From Auanema rhodensis (lineage: Eukaryota > Animalia > Nematoda), in the NCBI GenBank assembly GCA_964057225.1, contig OZ059897.1, positions 6,386,001-6,450,000 of the forward strand: 64,000 nucleotides of DNA, given 5' to 3'. A program made the position numbers and the translations under genes. The notes under the pieces are model-generated. The model saw only the letters and a program-made list of their open reading frames with translations. It did no database searches and was not told the origin of the DNA. Position 1 is the stretch's first letter. Every line of letters starts with the position of its first letter. This document shows positions 25,454 to 37,714 of this stretch, in pieces.

Positions 25454-28379
25454 TCAGTCAATCAACTGTACATCCGTTTTTCATTTGAATGTTCTGATGT
25501 GTATAAATAGGAATATTGACTCATGAAAGGATTACATGAATAATAATGAATATATATTTTAATATTCTTTTACTTTTACTTCCACATTTCAAATTTTCAT
25601 GCGAAAAAAGCTTTTTTTTTTCTAATTTTTCAATTGTTCTTGAGAGAAATTTAAGTAAAAACTCGTTAAGACTCGTTAAGAATAACACTGTTTTCACGCA
25701 AAAATTCCTTTATCACCTGATAATTTTAAGAAAAAAAAATATATTTATAATGACATTGTTGATAAAAAAAATAAAAAAATAATAACAATCATAGAATCTT
25801 CTCTCTTCAAGCTTGAGCGTCAATTGTTGATTGTGAAAACGAAACGGAACTGTCAGCCCGATACTGATCATCTGTAATAAAGGTCGTGCCATTGACTGCT
25901 GTTGAAAACTATTCAACGGAACCGGAATTTTTATTTGGCCTTTCTAACTATTTGTACATTTATACATAATTTCTTGCCACGTGATTTGATTAAAATTTAT
26001 AGTTCTTTATAAAAAAAAAGAAAATTATTTTTTATTTGAATAATTAAAATTTTGTGAAACACTACTTGAATTTCTAGAAATTGGAATTAAAAAAATAATA
26101 TGAGAAATATGTGTTTTTCTTGAGTTTTATGTGTAGAAATGTGAGTTTTAATGTTATCTCTCAACAATTTTTTTTCGTTTTCAAATCAAATGCTAACCTA
26201 CTCAACTCAGTCAAACAGCTTAAGTTTGAACGTAACAAAATTGCTGGAAAAAACAACAAAAAAACACGAAAAACCCTGACATTTCTTCCGATTCTGATGT
26301 TTTACAGTTTATACTTTGGGAGGGAGAACTTTCATTTTTTGTGTTTGAAACACACCAACCAGCATGATTAAACAACTGTTCGTAGTGGTTTTTGAAACCT
26401 TGTCGTGCATCCCCATGTCTATCCCAGTCTAAGACCCTTTGTCATAAATCTAAAGCTCAGCTGAAAAGTACAGTTAAAATTTATTATTAAAAAAATTTCC
26501 ATTTTATTTGTTTTTCATCATATAAATCTAATTAAATTTAAATTTTCTTTTCTTTTTTCATCCATGGATTATGAATCAGAAATACATCTTGTAAGCTTAT
26601 CATCATGAGCTAGTCTGTATTCAAACAAGTTTCAGTTCACTTTACTAATTGATGTTGCTACAAGTTTATAACAAAATTGCAAATTATTTGTCATGATAAA
26701 GAGAAAATAGCTGGAAAAACGAAAAGTTTCTACATTTCCACATACTTCATCTCTTTTTTTCATTTCTGTACCTCAATTTCTAAGAGAATCTCAGTGTTTT
26801 CCCAATTCAATTTTCGTCCATACTGGCAGTCAAGATGCTCCATTTTTCTTGTTTTTATTTTGTCAATTCCTTTTTTTAAATAAGATTTGTAATGTCATAA
26901 ATTGCTCAGAGCAAGAAGCTAAATGAGATTTCCTAAGAAATTTCGAAAAATAGGAAAAATGCAGTTGATGGACGATTCGTATTCAATAATGTGTGCGTCC
27001 ACCTGGTTCAAGTGCAGTAGCATTTTGAAAAAAATTTGCAAATTAAAGCTTTTTGAGCTTATATGTTATAAGCTGATTTCAAAATGCTCTAATGTCGTTA
27101 TTTAGTATATTTAGATAGATATAGATGTAGTTATAGTTATATAGCTATGTATTTATTTATTTTAAAACTAATTGAAGAGGATATTGAGATTGTGAGATTG
27201 AGGATAAGTAATTTAAACTGGGATTGAGTCAACGTCAGTGTCAAAATCTGCACGATAAATGAGAAGATGAAGATAGAAAAATTTAAAAAACGTGTAATAT
27301 GTATATAAAAGATAAACTATATTGATGCATAATATTTTGGGGGAAAATTAAGAACAACATGTAATAGTTGAAAGTAGTAAAACTTGTTTTCAGAAGGCTG
27401 ACATAACTGCCAGCGGTTTTCATCGAAAATGGGCAGTTTAGCTCATTCTTCATGTCATAATGCTAACACTTTTTTTCATAAGCATACACATACATACATA
27501 GGTTTTTGAACGGCTTCTATGATGTATTGTTGTTCTTCACGTATACATCCACAACATCTTCGGTTTTTTCTTCACTATCCCTTCATATTCTTCGTTTTCT
27601 TCTTCGGTTGATTGTCGAACCGATTGTCTTTTCCATGTCCTTACTCATCTTATCCGTCTTGTCCCCAGTATTTAAAAAAGAAAAAAAGATGAAGAAAGGA
27701 AAATATGAGATAAGCAGCTTGTTTCATTCAGCAATTTCTTAAAATTGTTGAAAAGGTGACGTAGTTGCTTTGCCATCATACTTTCAGACAAATTCTTATT
27801 GTTTTTCGTCAGCGAGTTGTCAAGCCTTTCAACTATGCGATAATTCTCAATTGCATGATGCCATAAACTCATCGAAATCACATCATCTTTAGCTTAACTG
27901 ATAACAAGCTAGAAAATTCATTATGTGTATTACTCATGTCCATCTTCAATATATACATACATATATCCGTTCTACCTCTCTTCATCACACTCACTGTCTA
28001 CGAGTCATTCTCTTATTCATTTTATTTCTCTTTCTCTCTCTCTCACCCGCTTTCTCTCATTAATTTTTTCCTCGTTTCTCTTTCATTTTATCGTTTCCTC
28101 CTCTCATTCAGTCATTCATTCTAATTCCTTTTCATTCATCTATCTCTCATCTTCTCTTCTCTCTTACTATTTCTTTTCCTTTTCTTTCTCTCTATTGCTA
28201 GCTTTTTCATTCTGGGCCTCTCCGTGTTTTATCGATCCCACCTGCTCTCTGGCTCCAGCTTCTTACCCAAAAACTCCTCCTTATATACTTTCCATACATG
28301 CGTTCATACTTCATTTTCAACTTTTTCATTTTCTTATAGAGTCAATAAGATATTCCTTCTAATTTCTATACTAATTCAG

Positions 28380-29253
28380 ATGTCACCTAACAGCATATCA
28401 TCGGCTTGTCACCCACCGTTGAAGGAATACCTTAAAACCCCAAGGCTTTGCTTACTTAAACCTCCTCCAAATATAGGCTGTGCCAACTGTGGAGATCAAA
28501 CAAATATTATTCTGGTAAGTTAATTTAATTAATTTCATTTTCAATACAATTATAATCTTATCTCAACTATTTCCAACTCAGTTTTTATGAATTTCCGTAT
28601 TGACGTTGTGCTCTATCAGTGATCTCACGCGGAAAAAAGCATCATCTCCCTTTATTTAAACAATTTTTTTTGCATCATTGCTTTACATATTTCTGTCTTA
28701 TTCATACTTTTCTATGTTTAGAAGAAGTTTGTCAGCAGCTGTGTCTCACTAAACTATCTAAAAACATAAATATGAATGAATTATTGACCGTTTGACACAA
28801 GAACAAAAGCATGCGAATACCTAAAATATACGATTATGACCAAAAATTTTTGTGTAAATGTGGCTCGGACTCGACTTTCTTTCTCTCTCACTCTTCCTCT
28901 CACTTTCCTTTTTTTTAGTTTTTTTTTTCTTTGAATTGTTAATCCTGTCTTTAAACTTCCTCATGATATCTTCAAACTTCTTCTAGCTTCATCATCAGTC
29001 TTTGTTTCAGTGCTGTTCTATTTGCTACATATTTGGACGTCATAAGCTTCCAGAATTATTCAAATGTTTCTATTGTTCCTCATCATGCTACAATACTCAG
29101 AAATCCGAGCATCAGCTTACTTATCACCAATTTATGGAAAATTTTCCCCATTGTTTGTCAAAGGATAACGAACATCAACATACAGCTGACATGAGTTATC
29201 AGAATTCTGATACAGAATCAGAACATGAAGATTACGAGGAGATGAACGAATAA
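28380..29253 (+). CDS. Small Cys/His-rich putative zinc-binding protein of unknown family (2 or more exons)
   Basis: Exon 28380-28514 (ttcag|ATG, GTAAG donor) splices in phase 0 to tttcag|29011-29253. Product includes CANCGDQTNIILCCSICYIFGRHKLPELFKCFYCSSSCYNTQKSEHQLTYH and an acidic tail. A possible extra 5' exon, MDYESEIHL|gtaag, lies at 26564-26590. Confidence 0.6.
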
Positions 29254-32200
29254 TTCGGATCATATTAGGTCAGCTTTCAACATCTTAACGAGAAGATTAT
29301 ATTTGCTAATTTCAGAGAATCAGATCAAGATATCTATACAACATACTTTAAGAAGAATGCTAAAGAAGTTCTTCATTTCACTTTCCACTTTTATCTCATC
29401 AGCATATTCATCAAATACGGATGATATGTTTATGTATCAATACTTTTTCTTTCCATAACACCTTGGTAATCATAATTGTTTTCATTAAAATGACCAAAAT
29501 CGAATAGAAAGTAGTTAATTGTGTCATATATGTATGTTCTTAGTCCATTGTAGTAGTCAATATATTATTATGTATTACTTTAATTTATTATTTCTTCTTC
29601 ATCTGGAATCTCATTCATGCTAACCATTTCCCTGCTGACCCCCCCCCCTAACACTCTCACCTCTTCTTATTCTTCCACCCCACAAAGTTCTCAGTACATT
29701 TATAAGAATATTGTAGTATTCTATACATTGTTATTATATAAATATATATATATATCGTATATAATATCGTTTTTTAAAAATAAAAAATAAAATTGAATGC
29801 TTCCCACTTTTTTCATTCATTTTCAAACATTTTTCAAACTCTTAACATTAATGAACTTAGAACGTATGACGTTCGTCGTCCTCAACTGCATTTGCACTTC
29901 AAGTCAGGAGAGAGGAAGAAGAAAAAGCATATATATATATATATATATATATATACTATAATTATACTATTTTAGACATATATAGAAAAATATAAAATTA
30001 ATTTGTTTGTCAAATTATTTTTAGATTAATTATCTACAAACAGGAAATCCTTATTGAATTAAATGATTTGACGTTATTATACTTTAGTTTATTTGACGTA
30101 GAATAAGGAAGATTTTTGATTATTTCATACATACTTACTTAACTATTCATTTATAGAAGCATGGTTGCAAATATAAGCTTATAAGGTGATTTATCTTTTA
30201 AAATTCAAGTTCAATGTAGTTATTTTGTAGACAAATTTTCTTTTTTTTTTCTTTCAGCGAGAGTGAAGGAGAGAGAGAAAAGTGCTCTTTTAACTTTTGC
30301 ATATCTAGAAGCTTGACTGAACATGAAGGACGTTGAAACACTTGCGGAGATAACTATACTTAGCCACACCTAGCTTGAACAGGGAAAGATAGAGAGAGGC
30401 AAAGGTCTTCCGGTTCGTAACCCGGAGATTCAAAATGTCATTGTGCTTATATGGGCACGACGTTTATCCGGATCATTCAAAATGAGAAGAGGAAAGAGCA
30501 TTACGTTAAGGGAGAGATTTCTAGAGAAAAGCTGTAAAAGGTAGAGGAGGAGACGGAAGCTTGTTACCTCGAAAAGGTAAAAGAGCTTGAGTCATCGCTT
30601 GGACGCTGCCATATCTCCGGTTGGATTTTTCTTCGACCTATTAGCAACTTGAAAGATCAAAAGTTTATGCTGCTATAAACTTTTCAGAAACCTTTCAGTA
30701 GTTGAGCCTGTAAGCTCGTGCTCAACTATATTCCTTTCATCAATATTGTGCTTCTTATATTCGACTTCAGCCCTTTCTTGTTTCACTTAACGCTATGCTT
30801 TGTTCGTACTTCTTTCGACGTCATCGTCCAGCTTTCTCCAGAATTTCATTTGTCATTGCGCGATCACATAATTTTTTTTATGACACTTTTCTGCAGAACA
30901 TTATATAATAATTTAATGATTTTTGATTCGTTTTAAACTATTTCCTCATTATGATATCTATATGTATCCACGTAATTCATAACAAACTTTGTATATGCTT
31001 TTTATAACTTGATTAATAGTTAACATATGAGCATATACATCCATTAAAAACTCGTACATTTTAAAATAATAATAACAATATTATATTATTACATATATAT
31101 CTATATATATATATATATATACATTTATAACTTTTGCATATGTCTGATTCAGCAACGTCTTGACCTTCTTTTTTGATATTTTTGAAGATTAAGCCTTTTG
31201 AAAAAGTTCAATTTTATGAATTATGCTGACATTACGTCTACGCCGATATATACCGAACAAAAACAAAATACGGCAAGTGACATCAGGAAAAAAAAAGTTA
31301 TATTTATGCCTACATAAACTTAAATAAACTTAATTTTAACTTACACTATTTCTACAAAGTACTATATCGAATGCAGATGATAAAAGGCTTTCCTGTTACT
31401 AGCTAGCATCAAGAGAGAGTGAGAGAGCAACCAATTGTTGTGACAATTTGAATAAAAATGCATAGTAAGGCACGTTGCCTACGTGTTCACGTGAAACTCA
31501 TTAGCATATTATTATAACTTTTTTTTGTTTCCACTAATATATGAATATCATATATAATTAAAGTTGATGACATTTTAAAAATAATAAAATATATAAAACA
31601 TATCATATATTTATAACTTTTTCGAATATTATATAACAAAAAATGTATATAGCATGTATGCAAAATATTAAAATTCTATTATAGATAATTAGGTTAATTC
31701 TTAGTAAATGAGGTCAGTTCAGAAACTATTACATTACGTCATCAGTATATGGAAACATTGGAGAATTTTAATTTTGGTAGTAAAAGAATGAAGTAGAATT
31801 TTGAATGATAAAACAAGAAAAAAAGACAGAAAAAAAGAGATAGAGTTGTGTGAAGTAAAGAAGACATGAATTACCCTTGAAAGATATATCAAAAAAAAAT
31901 GTTCGTCTTGAAAAATGTAGAAAAAACATCATTTTCATTCTTTTCTACATCATTCTCATTTTAAATTGAAATCAGCCATCATCACTATCTTCATCATATT
32001 CTATGACATCAGGGTGGTGTCAAAGTGACGATAGTAGAAATACATAACAGTTCAATATCTCATTATGCTCATCCTTTATTATCTGAATTTTGAATACTTA
32101 ATCCCAAATCTTTAAGCAACAAGTAAAAATAAAAAAAAGATCTTTAGGTTTACCCGGCAAAGAGGAAGATGAATTGAAGAAAAATCTTTTCTTCTCTCTC

Positions 32201-33782
32201 TCTCCTTCGCTCTCTCTCTCTCTCTCTCTATTCCCCTCTCCCCTTCTCTATCTCTTCTCTTAGTTAGTTCAATGCAAAAAATTGCTAACAGCACTCAGAA
32301 AAATATTATTTTTAGTATTTGCGCATTTATCTCTTTTACTTATTTTTTTTTTGTCAGATACATATACATACGCATAAATTTAATATTTTAGGTTTTCCTA
32401 CACATCATTATAACGTAACATTTTAATTCATTTTACAGATCTAATAAAAAAAATTCTAAATTATCCTGCTCAAGTGTGTTAATTGTATCATTAAACCAGT
32501 TTTTTTCCTTTTCATTATCGTAATTGAATTGAATTACCTTAAAAGGTTACTTTCTTTGAATATAACACTTTGGAATATAAGTTCTCTAGTGATGATAGAG
32601 TATGAAGGGGAGTGAAAGCCAAGAGAGAGAGGGGGAGAGAGGGAAATAGAGAGAGAGAGAGAAAGAGAGAAGAAAAAAAGAGGGAAGAGAGAAGGCGGGA
32701 TTTTTGTGGGCACCCCACCACCAGGCTATCATAAAGCAGCAAACAAAACCGATATTCAAACTTTTCTCATACAGGATACCGTGGTCGCTTTCACACCCTC
32801 TTCATGGATAAGACAAGAATTTTTCTCCTTTTTGCAGCTTTTTTTGTTGTAGAAAAATATATTTTCACTCTGTCTTTCAACATCATATGTAGTTGTTTCT
32901 GATTAACGTTGGGCCTTCGTTTTTGTGTGTCTGTCTCAGTCTTCTTCATGTTTGATATATTCGGAATTTGTCTTGTAAATGCTCAAAGGAATCCATTCAT
33001 TTTTTCTCCAAATTTTTATCTCTTGAGGCAATTTATAGTGATAAATTTGGTTGTACAAAGATAGAAAATACCACTCAAATTTATTTATTACTCAAAAACA
33101 TAACAACGAGGGAGCAAGAGCGAGAAGATATGACGTATCCTGACAAACAACAAGCAACACATGTAAACTTCGTTCTCATTCAGTTGTCTCATTTCTAATC
33201 ATTATTGTATCAAATTATTTTTTTTTGTGATTAACTTTTAAATTTTTTGATCTATACCTTACAATGGTATCAAATATTTTGAGAGTTTCCAAACATATTC
33301 TGAAGATTTGGAAATTTGAAGAAAAGAATATGAAGATTTATAAAACTTTCTTTTTAGAATTCTCAATTTCAGAATAACATACATAAATTGCTTATGTTAA
33401 CTAATAAATCTTAACGATATTATGAATAAAAATATATAAATAGGTATCAATACATTTATCAAATATTTATAATTGTCATTGTATCCAGTTTCATCTATTT
33501 AGCAACAATTTTTGGAGAATTGAATTCATGTCTTTGGGGGGGAGGGCGATATTAAGCTTTATTATAGTAGACTAACTCATACATATTATATCTTTCTTAT
33601 ATCTATGTATGTACATAAACATTTCAAACTTTAACAATCTGATTTTGGATTTATTCTTAAGAAGATTAGTAGAAAAGTGCATAATATATGAAACTTTAGT
33701 TGCTATATTCATAAACATTTAAAGTAATTAATGAATGAATGTCCGTCTTTGTTTCTTGTATTCTGCTCACATATCTCTCATT

Positions 33783-33784
<2 letters not shown>

Positions 33785-33827
<43 letters not shown>
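33785..33827. repeat. (CT)n microsatellite
   Basis: Directly visible dinucleotide run. Confidence 0.95.
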
Positions 33828-33833
<6 letters not shown>

Positions 33834-34302
33834 GTTTTTTTTATTTTTTGACATCATTTCTCTTCATTTTTTTCTTTTTTTTCCTGTATATTATGTCTTG
33901 TCAACAAATCTAATTTTGTAAGCAAAATTCAATCCTTTTCTTTTCCATAATTGCCTACTACTTCATGGTAATGCTAACCTCTAGGTCTTTCTCCATGCTT
34001 CATAGCAAACAAATAAGTTTTTATAGTTCTATCTCTCTTTTCGCTTTCATTTTCTTAGCATTTTTTTTTGGTTACAACAGCTTCTCATTTCGTCTGATCT
34101 CTCTTTCTCTTCCTCTATTTATATCTCAACTCTACACTTATATATATATCAAATATACAAAAGAAGAAGAAGAAGAAGAAGATGAAGAAGAAGCATGTAT
34201 GGATAAGAGTTGTGTATATGTGTGTATGCGAGTGTATGCGAGTATCTGTTGATGGTTTTTGTGAAAATCTGGATGAGATATTGGGAAAAGGAAACACGAA
34301 AG

Positions 34303-34306
<4 letters not shown>

Positions 34307-34363
<57 letters not shown>
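34307..34363. repeat. (AG)n microsatellite
   Basis: Directly visible dinucleotide run with one interruption. Confidence 0.95.
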
Positions 34364-34367
<4 letters not shown>

Positions 34368-36990
34368 CCAAAGTCATGTTATTACGATTTGATAACTTTC
34401 AGTTTTTTTGCTGTTTAATGCAAAATGTTTGTGCATAATTATAATTTATAATTGATATAGTTTGTTTTCCGTATTCCGGAAAATCGTTATGAAAAACGTT
34501 CTTCTGCGCCATAATCTTACGTATGCTCAGAGTAATCAATCAAAACATTCGTTTTTCTCAATACTTACGTATTTCTCATAAATGGAAATATGATCGCTAA
34601 TTAGGTAGAAAGTTCTTATTCAACTATTTTTGGTTTTAGTCAAGTTCTTATTCAGAACTTTGAAATGATTAGTTCATTATGGAGATGAGCATTCAGAGAA
34701 GATTTTCATATCAATTAGCCGCCTGTTGATTGTACTTTCTATTCTGTATTTATCTCTTCTATTTCTTCACTATCCATACCTTGTTTCTATCTCTCTCTCT
34801 TTATCTTCCCCTTCTCTATCTATCTTTCTCTATCTCTCTATTTATCTCTCTCTATGCCTATTATTCTTTCTTCCGTTTCCTGATTACCATACTATTATTT
34901 AAAAATTATCTGTGTGTTCCATACAAAGTTGTTATAGCCTATAGGATTCACAATAGATTCAGATGTTGTGTTGCCGTGAACTCCCACGCGTTTTGTTCTT
35001 TTTTTTCGCTTTTTTCTTTGAATTTCAATTTGACCGTATAGATTTTTTTTCTCTTCCGGAACTCTGTGAGCTTAAGATGATGATGAGCTCAAAAAGCCTT
35101 TCGGCACAAATTTCATTTTTATTTATGCAAACTGCAAATGTGTATCAAACATCTCATCATCAAAAAGATCTTTTCACTACTATTCATGGTATATTCAGCC
35201 GGATTCAAGAATATTAATTCCATGTAAAACACAGAATATCCTTGTAGACCAATCTCGTGGCTTGTAGGTTTCTCACTGGAGAGGGAGTGTCATGCCCTTC
35301 ACGTCAAATCCTCTAACTTCGTATGATACAAAGATCAATAGCATACTATATGCTCTATGCATTACCACATATTTATGTGTAGATGTTATACATATAGTTA
35401 AAAAAAATTCTATATTCCTAACTTACACGGGGGCGAGCCAGTAGCTAAGATTTGACATGTTACAGAGCTTATAGCGAAAATGCTGAATGGAATGTCACCA
35501 TACGATTTCTCTTTATGAGTTCAGCCACACTTTTGACGTCATCTAGGTTCTTACCGTCGGTCAAGCGCGAAGTAACTGAACTGACGATGTCGTATACTAA
35601 AACATTAACCTCAACACGGAGACCTTATGAACATCGAAGCTATATTAGCTGCTGCATATTCACGTCATTGCTGTGTTATAGAAGATAAAGCCCAACGGTA
35701 ACACAGCAGCACTAGTCATTCAGTTACCGCAGTCAGCCATGGTGACTTTGATGCTTGTGAGTGTAAGCAGAGAAAATCACTCATGATAACATCTCATCTC
35801 ACCTTCTAATACCATATACATACACAGCTGAATTTAGTGTTTTCTTGTCTGTTAGGCTTTTCCCACAGATAAATATTTTCTGAGCTCAGCTAATCACAAT
35901 CATTTCATCCTACCTTTTCAATGTAACCACTTAGATAAAGCCTTTGAAATTATTTTTGAAAATATGTCGACACCTTAATACGGATGTTGCGGAAACCATT
36001 CATCCCCGATGAAGTGGTGACTTTTCAGAAGAGACGAGTTCTTTTCACAGCCTCAGCTTCTATTTCTGGAGCTAGAGCATCATCAGGCGTGCGAATCATT
36101 GCCATTCATCATGACCTTTGCCAAGATCATCCTTCAAATCCAGCTTCTTTCTATCTTACTCAACGCTTTTTCCATCATGATGTCTCTTAACAGCTCACAA
36201 GGAACTTTCGAAGAGCTTTTAGCCACACAGGCTCTTTCTATTGAACTTGTCGTCATAATGTCCCTAGAGACGTAATAATTCAGGGCAAATCTATGTACAT
36301 GTATTTTTCCATGTATCAATCATACATATACACATACGACAAATCGGCTTGGTAGCCGTTTTCCTCTTCTATAATCTCTAATTCACAGTTTTCTAACGTT
36401 TAGCTTCAGCATTTCGAGACCGTCCCCACTTCCTCTTCTCCGGCGAGTCAGTCACTTCCATACTGCTGACGTCATCACCAAGCTTATTACTCTTTCAGTG
36501 CTACGTAAGAATAATTGAGGAACTTCTTCGTGAACTCTGAGATATTCCCTCCGTACCGTATTCTCCATTACTTCAACTATTTTTTTAGCATAATTTCAAC
36601 CTTTAAATAGCTTTACAGCTTATAAAATTGTTTTTTATTTTTTGCAAATTTCTGTTTTGCATGCAGTCTAAAAAAATTTTTTTGAAATATTTCTCATTTT
36701 ATAGCTTTGAAATGTATATTAACATGTCAAAGAAATTAAAAATAAATAAATTTTTTCAAAGCTTTCTTATGAAAGTTCGAAATTTCAATCAGTTTCCTCC
36801 AAACATTGTTCTCAAATTCAGCAATCAAGTTCCATTCAAGTACAGAGAGTATGGTATTTTTCAGATTCTTTAACTCATTATGTTGTGATAAGATATAAAC
36901 AGAAAAAACACTTTTTCCTATCTTATCTTGTTACCTTCATCAATGAACATATTTAACAAGGTTCTCTCTCTCTATCTTTCTCTCTATCTC

Positions 36991-37025
<35 letters not shown>

Positions 37026-37069
37026 TCTTACTCCCCTCCCTTTATTTCTAGCAGACACACACATATATA

Positions 37070-37104
<35 letters not shown>

Positions 37105-37308
37105 TATAGTAAACGCCCTCATTCCCTCCCTCTCTTTCTCTATCTGACACCGTTCACCCACCTGTCTTCTGTTTTCCTATTTTTGATTTGTTCCAATATT
37201 TCGTGTTGTAAGTAGATTCATCTTTTCATTTCCTGTCGTCTACCTGAAATTTCATTTTTTTTTAACAAAGATTACTTTTCAGACAAAATCCATCAGATCA
37301 ATTAAGGA

Positions 37309-37671
37309 ATGTATAGATTAATTTTACTATATATTCTTGTCGGATGTATCAATTCTTTAAATTTTCAAGTTCCATACGGAATTAAGCCTTCACCAACTGC
37401 CGTTCATTCCGTTCTTCAACAATTTCCAAATTGGGTTTGTATTTCTTAACATTAATATCTTAGAGATTATAATAGTAGATAGAGATTATAATATTATTCA
37501 TAAACATTCTTCAGATTTCTGATAAATTTTCAATAATTATCCAAGAAGAAAAAAATTATTTGAATGAAGATGAAGTTTTACTAACGTTAAATTCGAATGG
37601 TCAAACTGAAGTTATAGCATCTAGCAGTATTGCTGCTCTTTATGGTATTAACGTAAGTTATGCTTTCTCCC

Positions 37672-37714
<43 letters not shown>

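Noticed and set aside
27500-27881. Possible minus-strand gene with a charged, coding-like segment
   Set aside because: In-frame stops occur in all frames and I could not build a consistent spliced model.
30699-30728. TAAGCTCGTG (mir-231-like seed) inside a 9-bp hairpin
   Set aside because: The seed lies in the loop and the stem is too short for a pre-miRNA.
31466-31480. TAAGGCACG matching the 5' end of mir-124
   Set aside because: The match stops after 9 nt and there is no precursor hairpin.
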